Origin: Eutreptiella sp. 'Long Island Sound 2002'
Taxonomy: Eukaryota > Protista > Euglenida
NCBI GenBank assembly: GCA_964036045.1
Contig: OZ038378.1
Coordinates: 13,020,001 to 13,084,000, forward strand
Direction of reading: 5' to 3'
DNA length: 64,000 bases
Within the stretch, counting starts at the first letter, position 1. The number at the start of each line of letters is the position of its first letter. The notes under the pieces are model-generated. The model searched no databases. It had not been told where the DNA came from and saw only the letters and a list, made by a program, of their open reading frames with translations. Positions 46,379 through 60,659 of the stretch are shown here, piece after piece. A program made the translations under genes and the position numbers.

Positions 46379-49300
46379 GGTCTTTCATGCTCTGCTGAAA
46401 GGGCTGTTTCACACAGGCCCTGATTTACCACTTGTGACAGATTCATAATTTTTGTACTCATCATCTGTTGCCCGCCCGCCCACCCAGGCTGGCCCCTTGC
46501 ATACGCACTGGTTGTCTCACGAACATCTGTACTGCCTTGAGCAATTCTGATGTTTGCTATTGCAAGAGTTCTGGATTTCATTTGCTCATGTTGCCTTGAA
46601 ACAACAGCAACCATCCACAGCCCACCCGGAATCCACAATGAACATCCACTAGGAAGCAGCAGCAAGGGGCCTCATACCAAAATTTTCCTTCATTTCTAAG
46701 AGGCAAAACCAATTTTTTACCCCTTTAATTTTGGTCATCCGAAAAAAAAACCTCTTAAATTAAAGCCTCTTTTGGTATCCCAATCCATACTCTAGGTCTC
46801 CCCCCCCCCCCCCCCCCTGCACACACTGGCGAGAGGCCAGCCAGTGCTGCCAGCTGCAAAACGCTTCCTCAGTTGTTCATTGAACAGTGCAGCAATGCAC
46901 GATTAAAAGAAACCTTGAGGAGCATGGTTTTTAGCCATGTCCATCAAGCGTAGTTTGCCGTCCTCAGCTCATTCATGCTTACCACGGATAATCTAGTTTT
47001 TTTCATGAGTAAAAATTCTTGGCTCAAGGCCATCCTTTAGCAGAAAGAATATCCTTCTAAGATTCTGCTGCTGGATTGAGGGAATGAATCCCAAAATTTG
47101 TCCCGGATTTATGAATGTTTTCTTTGCACCCATGAATCATCATAGCATTTCGCAAAAGTTTTTTTTCTGGTGTTATGAAGCTGCCACTGGTCCAATTTCG
47201 CCTCTGCAGACTGACCGTTTTCCTGCAGCATTGCCTGTGGAAGCTGATTTTGTGTGCTGAAACTGACCATACAGACAATGTTGACACATCCTGCTCATAG
47301 TTTCAGCGTTTCATGCATTTCTGGTTTTCTTGCATCAATGCCAAATATTTTGCGCTGTTGTTCTGTTCCATTTTGTTGCAGGCTTCCCACAGTGGTGTGC
47401 AATGTGCTTTTTCTGTTGCAGGTTTCCAGACGAAGCGTGAGTCACTGCTGATGGTGGTTTCCTATCCATAATTCCCTTGTTTGTGGATTGCGGCCGACCA
47501 TCATTTCACCGTCTGTATTGGCCAGCAGACCTTGTTCAGCCTGCTGATGCCCTGTCATACGAGCCTGGGGGTAAAGCTGTTGCCTTCTCACACTCTGTAC
47601 TATTTGTTGGTTTTTTCAAATATGTGAGGTTTTTGTCGGGTTATTGTTGATTGGTTACCATCTGCTGCTTGCTCTTTCATGAAAATGGGCAACATCCACA
47701 GAACAATGGCAGGAAGTCAAGCACCAACACCACACAAAGTTTTTTGTGGTTTTGAGCCTTGTTTCCCCCAAAGGTTTGCACCTGCACAAGGCTTTTGCAC
47801 GCTGGTGGTATCAGTACTTTCACCTCGGTCTCTTGAAGGGTGGCTTTGGATAATGCTACCGGAAAGAATTTTACTGCCACGTTGTGCCAAAGGTTGCAAC
47901 CCCGTGTTCCCCTGGTAATGATTGAGGGCAGCCTGCTGCTATGTCCATCCATGGCAGCTTTTGGGGGGTTTTTTTTCAGGCCAGCACCTGTCTATTTGTT
48001 GGTAATGCCAATCAACCGCACGACGGTTTGGTGTATCTGGGGTTTTCTGATGTATAATGCGTTATCGGCCAAGGCTGTAGTGGCCAACCACCTGACAGTG
48101 CGCATCGCCGCTTGCATGTGGTATTGAATGGTGAAGGGTTGTGCAACGTTGGTTAGCCTGAGGTGGTAGTTTGGTACCCGCATCCAAACCCACAGCGCTC
48201 ATCCACCTCAATCAATAGGGCACAGCAACAGACAACTGGATGTCTCTGTTGTTGCCTACACATACGCATGCAATGAAGTGCTTCATTTTTATGTACCGGC
48301 ACATATCCTTGCGTGCTTATTTCGATCAGCACACATTATGGTTTGGGTGAGATGTTTTGTGCACGCTCGATCATACCACGAATTCATGTTTCTCTGTGAG
48401 TGATTCACAGCATTGCTTTGTGCATGAAGATGGCTTCTGCTGGTGTTGGATGCTGTGGTACAAGAATTGTTTGGTTACCAATGAATGGGCCAAATGTTCT
48501 CAGCAAAACATTTGCACCCAAGTTCCAATGGTAAGAACATTTTTGCCACGGGATGCTTGTTGGGAATTTCAGAAATCGCAAGAATCTTTTGCCACAAATG
48601 AACAAGCATGGACAAAGTATCAAGTCCCCAAACCAATCGAAGGTGTACACCCATGCCATCCCAAACAATCTGACCCTAACCACCAACACCAGGATCGAAT
48701 CCACAATACCCAACGAGAGCCCCATCCTCTCTGGGGTGCAGCAAAGGGCTGTATGGCCACAAAAAGCATCAGCCCACTTGGCCACTCTGCATTAATCTAA
48801 GCACACGCATGCCACCCAGCCACCCCAATGGATAGTATGCACATCTTGCGTGAGCAACAGTTTTCGCCAGCTCCTCCATTCATTCCACCATTTTTTCCCC
48901 GCCCACCCCACATTGCCAATTTACAATTATAGCCCGATTAACAATGAACCAAGTCCCCACCAGGGTGAAAAGGTTTGAGGAAATTTTGGGGGGGGGGGGG
49001 GGGGAATGTTTGGAGGTTCAAGCCCAGCCCTTTGGACAATCAAGTGGCATGGACAGGTGTTGGAGAAAGAGGATGGTTTATGGTTTGTCGGAATTGGCGT
49101 ACAAGTTCTGGGCAAGAAGTTGGAAAGTGGGAACATTTGGAGGCACCATAATCACTCTTTTTGTAGGTAGCTGTGGTACTGCATCATGTTGGGGCGAAGG
49201 CACGGACGTCAGCAACGAACTTGGATGGCACAGCATCATGGGACTCAGTGTCAATGCGGCACGGAGCACCGAGGCAGAGTGAGTGCCTCTAGGCACAGTG

Positions 49301-52300
49301 GGGTGGCCCATGTATCGGCAGAAAATGTGCCTCAATAGTTGGTCGATGAACACGGGATGCTGATGGTGGAGGTTATGTACACGACATTGCCCATCTAAGA
49401 TTGCACACGGCCACATGGTCATAGTTAGGACCCAATAGGAACAAATACGGGGTGCAGTGCAATGGTACCCCATCGAGCGTTTTTTGTGTTTTGACATATA
49501 TTTGTCATTGACAAATTGACGGCCGAGGACATATTCGAGTATGCAAGGTTTAGTATTTCGCAAAATTTTTAGGTTGTGTGCAGCACACGTGGATTAAAGT
49601 TTTAGTAAAAATATTCCAACGAGAGCAATCTCTAGCAGAATAGTGGAAGCACCATTTTTAGAACACTACATAAGAGTTTGTTAGACATGAGGCGTGTTCC
49701 ACGTTTCACGTCGCGTTGAATGGTAGGAGGGCAACCTGGACACAACAAGTACACTGTGTACAGCTCCATGCCATAGGATGCATGTGTAACATATGTTTTT
49801 TTACCATGTTTGTTCATGTGATAAAACTACAAATTTATGAGATTTAAACTGAATGCAATTTATGACGTAGAAGATGGCGTAAAATATGGCAACATTCAGT
49901 TTGTACTATGGTTGCCGCCGGTCTATACATCTCTACATTTGTACATGTACAATTTGTCGATTTCAAAAGTGGAATTCAAAACCATATCCATATCGTATCA
50001 CCGAGCTGTATATGTACAAATTGTCGATTTCAAAAGTGAAATTCAAAACCACATCCATACCGTATCATCGAATGACCAAGATGATGGAGGATTTATAACT
50101 TGTTTGTACACAGAACATTTGCGAAGTAGCGGAGGTACGAAGAGCGATATATCCGTCAATGTGATGCCAAGGCTAGCAGCATGTCTTTTTTGTGCAGCAA
50201 GATGCTGAACACATATCCTAACAACTGCTTGGTAGGATCACATGCTCGGATAGCATTGGGTTGTGCTAAATTCGCATTCGCTGCATTCTAATCAGTAAAT
50301 TTCAACATGTGGCGTGGAATGGACAACGGATGGCATCTTCATGTATCTTGTGTAGCAACTTCTTTCGTTCTTGCTGTCAAGCTTCAAGTTCGCATGGTTT
50401 TGAGTTTCAAAGTCCATACAATCACACAACAATAAGCTTTTTCTGTATTCGTCATTGCACCCGGTAGCATTGAATCTACCATGAATATGTACTCAGTGAA
50501 TAAAGACACCAAGCAAGGTGGCCTCAGTTTGCAGGCAACATGGTGCAGTTGCATTCAGCATATCATAAGACATTTTTTAAGGACCGCGAGAAATTTTTTT
50601 TGGAATGAGTATACCAAAAAAATCAACCCAAGAAGGGGTTGTGTGGCTAGCTTCATCTTTTTTTACGACCGAAGAATTTGAAGAACACAGCGGTTATGGA
50701 GACGTGTTGCCTTTTAACAACCTTCGGAACCCTGAGAAGGTAGGGGGTGATGTGGCCATATTGGTCCCACCGTATTTGGCACAAGCAATTTGAAGTGTGT
50801 TTTGCAATGAAGATGATTGAATGAAAGCAAAAAATTATCCGAAATATTCCATGGTTTGTATGGAACTTTGGCAATATTTTGCGTTCAAAAATCCATTTGT
50901 TTCACAGTCATGAAACCAAAAAGATACAATTTACGACATTTGGACATTAATAAATTCTGCGTTGGATGAGTCACAAATAATAAAATGAACTTAAACAGTA
51001 TTTCAGCAATGCTAAAACAGACTTTGAATGAGTCAAATAGTATTTTCGGGAATTACAGAATTGTTCAGAGGGATCCACAAAGCTATCTTGGGAAAAAAAC
51101 ACTCGATTAGGGTACGTCAAAGGGCATGTTGAAATGGTTGGTCACAAACCGATGAGACAAAATAACACAAATCATTTAGCAGTACATTTTTTGAAGTGAG
51201 TTTTGCAAATACCAAGGTTGGTTTCATCCAATGTGGGACGAATAAAAAATCATTCACAGATAGCGGCCGTTTCAGAAAAGGCAAACGGCACCAAAAAGTA
51301 GCTTCATTAGATGAAAAATGTCGGGGAACAACCGACAGCGATGGATGGAAAGTCAATTGAAGGATTGTCCCAAAACTTAGAAAAAGTTTCCTTGCTGCTT
51401 GTATCTACAGAAAGAGAAATCCAATGACCCGAGAAACCTTTCCTTAGGCACAACAATCAAACCAGGAATCGCAAGATTGTGTTCATCAACATGAGGAATC
51501 TATGGAAAGATAGATGTACGGAAATCAACATGTATTCTGAAAGATAGGCACCATTAGACTAGAAACGATAGTAATAGTGTCCTAGGGTCTCACCATCATC
51601 AGTGTACATCACTCACACACGTGCACTTTTGGGATAAACACAATATTTTGCTGAGTTGGCATGGCATGTTTCTCAAAGAGTCACTTTAGATATACTCCAT
51701 ATTTTACTGAGATAGAACAATAAATGTTCCAAGAAATGAATGCCATGTAACATGCGTCATATTGGGGGCATTTCACTCGGTTAGGCTTATGAGAGTTTGA
51801 ACCTAAGACCTTGGAAAAAGTGGTTTCTTATGTGCCATGGTGGGCGCCATTGTGATAGAACAAGATTATGTGCAAAATATAGACAAAAGGGGGGCACAAT
51901 TTCCTTCAACATTAGTGCACTCAAAACGTAGAAAAGAGTTTGTAAAACACAATGATGGATAGAAACAGATTATATTAGGATCAAGACAGGTAGACATTGA
52001 TAAGAGTAGATAAGAAAAAGTTACTATCACCTGTTTTATGAGTTACTTGATCTAGGCCTGACGCATGGTTAATCCATTTTTGACGCCACCGTAACGCCCT
52101 CTTGACGCCTCCTTGACGCCCCCCTAACACAGCGATGACGCAAAACCCGAATCTATTGAAACCAATAAAGCTAAGAACGGACGGTTACCTACTGTTTTGG
52201 ATGCATGCAAAAAAAACCACTTTGTACAAAAAAAACCTGTTTTGTTCCAAAAAAAAAAACCCCATTTGGTGCCCAAAAGAAACCTATTTATACAAAACAA

Positions 52301-52719
52301 ACCCACATTGGTACCAAAAATTGCCCGTAGTGACCTTTCCCATGGTCCCTACCAAAACCAATAAGCACCAACAAAACCACCCTTCTACCAAAAAACCACC
52401 TACCTTGCCCACGTATGCTACACTTGTGGACCGTTGTGTCACAAAAACACAACTGGGTTGTCCCCCCAAAAACCCCAAAAGGTGTTTTTTTCAGGGAGGT
52501 CTTACTACCTACCTTCCACCACTTTCTATAAATTTCAGGTCCGCGAAATAGGAAAAGGCCCCCTACCCACCCTTGTACCGTTCCCCACATCTTTGTGGGG
52601 GTGAAAACTGTCCATTGCAGCTGGTTGATTCCGTTTTTTTGCAGCCATTCGTACCGCTGCCAGAAGGGTGGTTGTATACTAAATGTACCCCAAAACATGT
52701 TCCACACTACCGGCAAGTA

Positions 52720-52930
52720 TACCCGGTATACTGCTGTATACTTGCTGTATCCTGCAGCATACTTGCTGTATACTATATGCTGTGTACCGCTGTATACCGC
52801 TATATACTGCTGCATATTTGCTGTATCCAAAATATACCCTGTATACTGCTGTATACTATATACTGGTATACTTGACGGCAGTGTGGAACACTGTTTACCT
52901 GTGTACCGTACCGTACCGTACACGGCGGGA
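52720..52930. repeat. TATACTGCTG / GTACC low-complexity tandem repeat
   Basis: Direct reading of degenerate GTATACTGCTGTATA units. Confidence 0.75.
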
Positions 52931-55112
52931 GCAATACCCCCTGTGGCAAGAGATACTCCACACGGCTAGGCAGCCCCCAGAGCTGCCGCCCAAAGCAGGG
53001 GACATGTGGCCCTACCCATGGACACATGTGGGGACACCCTCTCACCCGGGACACTTGGACCGGGTGGCCGCAATACTGCCTTCCCAAGCACCTGCGGGAG
53101 CGGCTTAAGAGGCACCTAACATAGGGCAGTGGGAGGGACAGGACATCCCCTTGGTAAGACCTTCTTCTTGTAGTGTCAAAGGAGGCATCCCGAGCTCCCG
53201 AAGATACCTACCTACCAACCTGTTTACCTGTGTACCACCCCTCTGACTGCTGCATATTTGCTGCTGCCAACCCCCCCCCCCTCTGGCAACCCTGCGTCCA
53301 CTTGGTTCCAAACCCACACCCCCATCCCCCCCTGGTCCCGGGTATAAAACCACTCCCAAATGGGGGATAAAACCACCCCCATGTGGCATAAAACCACCCC
53401 AGGGGTCAAAAATGGCCAAAAGAGGGGTTGGGGTGGTTTTATACCCCATTTAGGGGTGGTTTTCTACCCACGACCCCCCCCCCTCACAACCCCATCCTAC
53501 ACCCCATTGGTGAAGCTTGTCCATCCCAACCCCGTCCCAACCTTGTGTCCACGTGCACCCCTAAACATGTCCCAAGCCCCGTCCCAGACCCCATGCCCCA
53601 ACCACAGCCGTAAATGTGCACCCTGCGCTGTGAGACATCGAGCAACCAAACGGCAATTCACCCCTGCATCAACCGCCTATCACCCATGTTCCCCTGCAAC
53701 ACGCATACAAAGAGCAATGTGAAGCAAAACCCTGAGTGCACAATCAAATGTACTTCTGTGACCTTCCATCACCTCTCCTACCTCCAAGCCTGAAATCTGC
53801 CCGAACAGACCACCAAGATGTACTACAAGCAGACCTGGGCATACCACTGGGGGGGTGGGGGGGCGGTTCTCAGGATGCACCTGACATCCTGCCTGGGTTC
53901 CCACACCCCACTCATTCCCGGAGGATGCCAAAAACACTCCCAGAAAACGTCCGACAAAAACCAGACCAAACGCACTGAAAAACCCCAGATGTGTACTCAA
54001 AACCCCCTTGAATGTTCCACAAAACCCCCCTAATTGTACCATAAAACCTCCAAAACTGTACCGAAAAAATCCCTAAAATGTACCCCCCCCCCGGGAATCC
54101 AAAAAAAACAAAAATGTACCAACAAACCCCCAAAAATGTACCAAAAAAACCCCCAAAAGGTACCAAAAAAAACCCGTACAACCCCTCAAATTGTGCCACC
54201 CCCCAAGGGGTTTCCTGGTACGCTTTTGGTACATTTTGCGGCAAACCGGGGGATCTTTTGGTACAAGGTGGGTTTTTTTTTGGTATGCACCACCACTTTT
54301 GACATACCACATACTCAAACACCCAAAACCTAAAAGGCTCAAAGCAGAGCAGGTCAGAGCCCCCCTTTGCCCCCAGGCAATCCACAAACCCACCATCACC
54401 ACCGCCAGAACCCTCCCCCAAAAGACACCAAGGAGAAGACAAAATACAACACAGGACACAAGCAAAGCCCCGCCCATAGCCCCCCCCTCCCAACATACAC
54501 AAACACATGCTAAAGGGGTGACGGGCGCACTATGCCGCCTTTCTGGGCTACTACACAGCTTTCACTGCACAAATGGACCCTCACACAAAGGCCTCACATA
54601 GCAACATGGGCACCAAGAAAACAGCAAGCAAATGGGCATATGATCATATTCTCGCGGTCTATCATGGTCCATCAGGTTCAGGGTGGGTGGCGCGCGACTG
54701 TCCGTCTGCAGAAGCATGCTGTCCATCAGGTTTGGGGTGGGGGGAAGGTGACCGACCATCCACTAAAGCACGTTGGTTGAGGGTGATGGAGATGGGCTCC
54801 AAATGTGGAACTCGGGGCGGTGAAAACCCCCCCATGGGTCCAAAAAGCCAGATCCTCCATTTGCGCAAAATGCAGAAAATGTATATTCTGGTGCCAAGTT
54901 CTGAGGTCACCTCAGGACTGACCGTGTGCGAAAAAAAGTCCATTGGCAAAATGTGCACAAGGGCATGCTGCACATAGTCTCACCAACAGGATCTAAATTA
55001 TCTCTCACACCCCGGTTCAAACGCTCACCTAAAGGGAAGCACCAACAACGCGTTTGGAGCAGCACCAACAACGTGTTTGGAGCAGCACCAACAGACACCC
55101 ACACCCAGCCAG

Positions 55113-55113
<1 letters not shown>

Positions 55114-55204
<91 letters not shown>

Positions 55205-55250
55205 GCAGACACACACACACACACACGCACACACACACACACACACACAC
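55114..55250. repeat. (CA)n microsatellite
   Basis: Direct reading. Confidence 0.95.
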
Positions 55251-56299
55251 AGAAGTAAAAGCTCTGGATATCGGGAGCTATGGTGTCATGGGGACATTGC
55301 GGTACCAGAAGGAGGCTACAAGGCGTGTAAGCACAAGATGTCAGCAATCGTGGCTGTATTAAAACCCATTGCACCGGAATCACAATGCTTGCAATGATGG
55401 TAGCACTGAAGCTAATTCTCCAATGAGCGTGTACTTCACCATTGAGACGTAGCCCTCTTTTCACCCCCACCATGTTGCTCCCTTGCAATACAAACAACAT
55501 CCACCTAAACTGACTAAGAAAGCAATGATTGCCAATCCTAAGAGTACACTCAATGATAGAGAAGGCTATCGATTCGCTATAATGAGCACAATTTGCGATG
55601 TGTACAGCACACCACTTGCATGCATGGGCACTATGTAACACAAAGGGTATCCAGTGCCATGTGTTTTTGTGGCCAGCTTTTGCTGGTTGAGGTTGTTGTT
55701 GTTGTTGTTGAGGGAGGGGGGGCTGAGACCTAAATAAAGTGAGCCAAGCGAAGGTGTAGGTGGTGAGGAGGGTCGGGGGGTCGAAATAGGGGGGCGGGGT
55801 GCAGGTGGGAGTTCAATGTTTGTCAGACTGAGCACCTTTGCACTGGACCTGACATCCAGTTCCATGCCAGCACTTCCCGTTCAGCGAGGTTTGCGGTGTT
55901 CTCCACCACAAAGGATGGGGCAATGGTAATACAAGGTCGGACCTGGAGGGTGGATGGAGGGGGGGGGGTCCGGCTTAAACGCTCAGCTCAATCTACAACC
56001 TCCCTTGGACGAGGTCTCATGGATAAAAGTCCGCTGGGAAGCAGAGTTGGTGTACACAGTGCTGCATGGTGAGCCAAGCAATCGTAGGGGATTGGGTTCT
56101 CACTTGTCGCCCCTCTACTTAGTACCTTCGCCCTACAATAATTGGTGTGGAAGGAGTAAACCGCATATGTCGGTTCCCCGGCCGTTTGCCCTGGCCACAA
56201 GCTCCAGTAGCACTGATACTCATCAGAAACAATTCTCCGAGGGGCACAAGCAGTGTGCACAGTACAAATCCTTGCAGACACAGGGACTTGATTCTGTGC

Positions 56300-57800
56300 G
56301 GTCTTCTTGTGGAACCTTGTAAGATCTTGCCCGTGGTCACACGGCAGCCATTGAATTGCAAGGGCCGTTCTGTAGCAGTGCGTCTGCTGCCGATTTGCCC
56401 CTTACTTCAATCAAGCTGCTGGTTGTATGCCTTGACTTTGCGAAAATTGCCAGTGTGGGAACGGGGCCCTGGAGCCCCTTGATCCCCGCACTGCATCCCC
56501 CGTGCCAACGCCGCCCCGATCCAATGCGCTCACAGACTGTTGGCGCGGTCCAATGTGGATACGATGGGCACCTGCGGTACAGGAAGGGGTATTGTAGGAA
56601 GGGTATGCGCGGGGAGGTATTGTGGGGGGTATGGAGTATGGAAGTATGCCATTTTTCAGCCATCAGTCCGTTTCAGCCACCAGCGCAAATTGTTGATTTA
56701 GTCAGCCGGCAGGAAACGTTTAGTGCACAGTAAAGCACAGTGGTGCCATCTGCCGTGGTAGCTGGCAGGTTGGCATCCAGGGGCTTGGCGGTGCCAGTGA
56801 CGGTGCCAGATGGGAGTCCTGGCCGAGTGTAAGTCGGCAGGTTGGGGCTTTGTTTTGTTACGCGTGGGTTGTACTGCACACGGCTCAAAATTATTGCCCT
56901 TGTTGTGCCCTGTGGGAACATATGAACATAGGGGGGCAGTGAATGCGAGGAACGAGCAAAAGCATCACGAATAGGTCTCTGCATTCAGCATCAGGCAGGT
57001 AAGATATTGGCAAAATGGTCATTAAAATGCAACTCCACAACAGGATCCAGGCTCCACAATGCAGCCTTGCCCCAAGGCTGGTCGAAAATTGTAAGTGTGG
57101 GGAGTGGGGAGCTCCAGAGGTTTTTCGGGCGGGTGTGGCTATCACCCACCCAATGTGGAGTACCATAGAAGCACTGCTGAAAATGCAGCACGCGCACAAG
57201 CAGCAGTCACAAGCAATGTGCCCCCCTGCAAAGGCCCTTGCCAGTCTTTGGAGCCTTTTCCTCAGGGGGGCTAGATCAAACAATAAGCTGTTGATGGTTA
57301 GGGTTTGCAGACCGTCATCTTAGCAGTTGCAGGCAGGGCTTCGATATTTTGTAGACGCGAAGGGTGTATTTTTGAAGGCATCTTGTAAGTTGTCTTCGGG
57401 CACGCCACCAGATTGGTGGCTCACAGGAATGTGGAGAAAAACACCCCTCACCTGCCCCCCCCCCCCGCCCAGAAGTATGCCAGGGCGACTTCGACTTTGC
57501 ACAATTGTGCCTCCCAGACTCCATTCCTGTGCACTTGGTGGATGGTTCTGTTCGACAGCGGAAATCATCGCTGCGTCCCATTGGCAGATCAGTTTTGCTT
57601 GTTGCAAGGCACGTCGATCCCCTTCGCCAGATACCTCTACCCCACCCTTAAGCAAGGGTGCTGGCAGGGATGGGTCTGGCCACTGAAATGGTGATGGTGC
57701 GAGGTCAGTGGTGGCATTTGATGTAGTGATACTTCGGTAAGATGCTGGACCCCTCTCCTGCATTTCTCCTCTTTTGCAAATGTGGGGCTTAGGCCACGGG
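56300..57800 (-). pseudogene. Degenerate coding remnant of a repeat family also weakly represented at 1-950
   Basis: Frameshifted minus-strand translations resemble each other (YCALNVSCRL...GLM...WHTSILH versus YSSIDVHRL...GLMM...HPISH). Family not identified. Confidence 0.25.
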
Positions 57801-57904
57801 ATGCTGAATGGCCGTAGCACATTGAACCAACTTGATGAAATCAAGAGCATGTGTGCGTGTGTGTGACGCCCAAGCGTATTCAAAGCCACTGAATGGCATT
57901 CACT

Positions 57905-57907
<3 letters not shown>

Positions 57908-57956
<49 letters not shown>
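57908..57956. repeat. (TG)n microsatellite
   Basis: Direct reading. Confidence 0.95.
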
Positions 57957-57958
<2 letters not shown>

Positions 57959-60541
57959 TGTGTCTGTGTGTTCTGTATGAGTTCTGTGGGTTTTTAAGGT
58001 CCTGCACACGTATGCGAAGGGTTGGGAAGGGAGTTAGCGGGTTAGGCCTCGCCTACCAGCCCCATGTATCGGCAAGGTCGGCACTAGTGCCCCCCCCCCC
58101 CCCTCCCCTCGGAGCAAGCCCCTCGGAGTGCTAGCAGTCCTGCCCAGTGTTGGACTGTGTTCAGACTCTGGCGGTCCAGTGTCTGGACCAAACAGACACT
58201 GGACAGAAACCCCATCACTAATCGCTACTATTTATGTGGGCAGCAGCCTATTAAGATCCCGGATGCTAGTGTGAAGGGTTGGTAAAGGGGTTAATGGACT
58301 AGTCCTGGCTGGGTGCCTGTGCTACCCCTCCCCTGCCTGCCCCATGCTTCGCGGTGCAATGGGAGGATCCAGGGCCCGGGATCAGTGCAACTCCGGGGGG
58401 GGGGAGGGCCCTTCAACCCTGTTTCCCAACACCCCCCCCCCCTCTTTGGCTTTTGGGGCCGGGCCCACCAAAATGACCCCACACGCTGCCAATTCACGTT
58501 TCACACACATTTGACGGATCATACCTCAAATGTGTAGTGCCTCCTAGTTAGGGAAGGGGGCTACACCCATTGGTTCGAACCACTTTCCCCTAATTTCCAA
58601 TGCACCTGTGTGTTCCTTGCCTTTGCCCTCATCCAAACCTTGCAGAAACACATCATTATGGGAAACTTGAAAGGTTGCCTCTTTGAGGCTCTTTGCCGAA
58701 GGCCCACGATGACCACTGCCCCCCCCCCCCACCCACCCACCCACACCCCCTTCACCCGCACATTGTGCGGTGCACTATGACGCCATTTGGAAAACGCCCT
58801 ATCTCCCACGGGGCCTGTGGGGCCGCAAGATGCCTCGCGCATGGGGCCTCTCACCTAAGGAGGCCACACACCCCGCCCCTTTATTCGGACAGGCTTGGAG
58901 GGCCCTCCCCCGGGGTTGCAATGGACTAGCAGCACAGCCTCCCCAGTCATGTCGGGTCGTCCAATGCCTATGCCCTGACTGTAGGCTGATTGCCACCAAA
59001 CTCACCCACCCACACACACACACCATCCCGAAGGGGGAGGGCCCTCCACCTGGTGCGGCCACACCGCGAACCCCATGCTCAGCAAGCTCCTCCCATGGAT
59101 GGGCACGGAGCTGCCCCGGACGTCACCACCCATCACTCATGCCCTGTGTGGTGCAATAGTGGTGAACCCTGCGATGCTTTGTGTACATGGGGCATGCTAG
59201 GGGCCCATGCTCCTTGCAAACCGTAAGCATGGGGCACTGCGTGTGCTCCCCCTTGCCGCCCTTACCCCCTAAGCCCCCCGCCAACAACGGCGACGGCTGC
59301 GCGCTCCTACGTGCCTCATTGGGTTGTCCAACTGTTGAGGGAACCGGTGCCGCTCTAGGTGCCTCGAAGGGCTGCAGGCCTAGAGGCAAAGAAGATGGTG
59401 AGAAAGGGGAGGTAGAGTCATCACACTATGGCTGTGCCGCTCCCGGCGGTGCCTTGCAGTGTTGTTGGCCTAGAGGCAGGATAGAGGCTAGCTTGCCCTC
59501 CATTTGCACTCCCTAAGCTGGAGGCCTTGACCTTGACATTGTGTGCCCAAATGTGAGACATCCTCTTGCACCCTTGTGGGGCTGTTAGGGCCATGGAGAT
59601 CCATACAAAAGTGTCCTCCAGGCTTGCCCCTACCCCCGCCCTTCCCATGGGGGCTACGGAGTGCATTGGGGGTGGGGTAGTCATTGGCGGGGGAGAAATT
59701 GTGCCCCCCTATGCCCTATGATGACCCTAAGACTACACATACCTGCAGCCGCCAACCCTTGCCCACTATTCCTCCACCCGCGGCCGATGTTGACGGGACC
59801 AAAGCTACGTGCACATGTTGGACCACAAGATCCTGTGGCAGTTCTTGCGAGACCAGCCATGAGCACGGCGCCCGTGAGGATGCCACTGCTTCCTCCAGTG
59901 TGACTTGGTGCTCTGGATGGCCACACACACAGCAATGTGCCACTCCTCGTCCCGTTGCCACGCACTGTAGGCACGCGGTCTGTGCCATGCAAAGCACACG
60001 TCTTGGGCCCAACTACAAGCTTGGCCCCCTTGGCCGCCCGCTCTGCAGCGGTAGGCAGGCATAGGCACACCACCTCGACCGCTCATGTGTGCATGGGGAT
60101 CCACTGTCTTTGTGGTGTGGGAAATAATCGCCCACGAAATGGGGGGTGAATGGAAAGGATAGTCCTCTCCCTCAACCTCCTCACTTACCTTCTACCCCCT
60201 CACTTGTGCAAGAGCACCTAGGACCTTAACAGCTGTTTGCCCACGAAGCTAGTAGCAATGCTCGTTCTGCCATGGGGCTCCAGAGACAGAGGTCCACATC
60301 CTGTGGGACTGTGACTTTGGGCCTTCACGCGAAAGTGCTAGGTGCCATATGTGATGGAGGAGGCCGGCAAGCTGCCAACGCGGGTGTTGCCGGTGGCCTT
60401 GCTAGTGTGCTTGAGGGCATGGGGCTACTTCTTGCAGCACTACTAGAGGGGGGGGGGGGGAGGGAAGCCGTGCAGGTGGGGACCCTACTCTAGCACCTAT
60501 ACAACATGCATTTGGGGTGTTGTCAGCACGCATGGCGCCCT

Positions 60542-60659
60542 AGGAGACAGCCTACTTGCGGGGCAACGTGTTGGCCACTGTGTTTAAGGCCTATAGGTAT
60601 AGGAGACAGCCCACTTGCGGGGCAACGTGTTGGCCACTGTGTTTAAGGCCTATAGGTAT
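60542..60659. repeat. 59-bp tandem duplication
   Basis: AGGAGACAGCC(T/C)ACTTGCGGGGCAACGTGTTGGCCACTGTGTTTAAGGCCTATAGGTAT present twice. Confidence 0.9.

Noticed and set aside
47057-47287. Myb-like motif (WTSGSFITPEKKLLRNAMMIHG)
   Set aside because: It lacks the spaced Trp residues of a Myb repeat, and a different frame over the same bases looks more protein-like.
54907-55397. HTHTHT / CVCVCV ORFs
   Set aside because: Translations of the (CA)n microsatellite.
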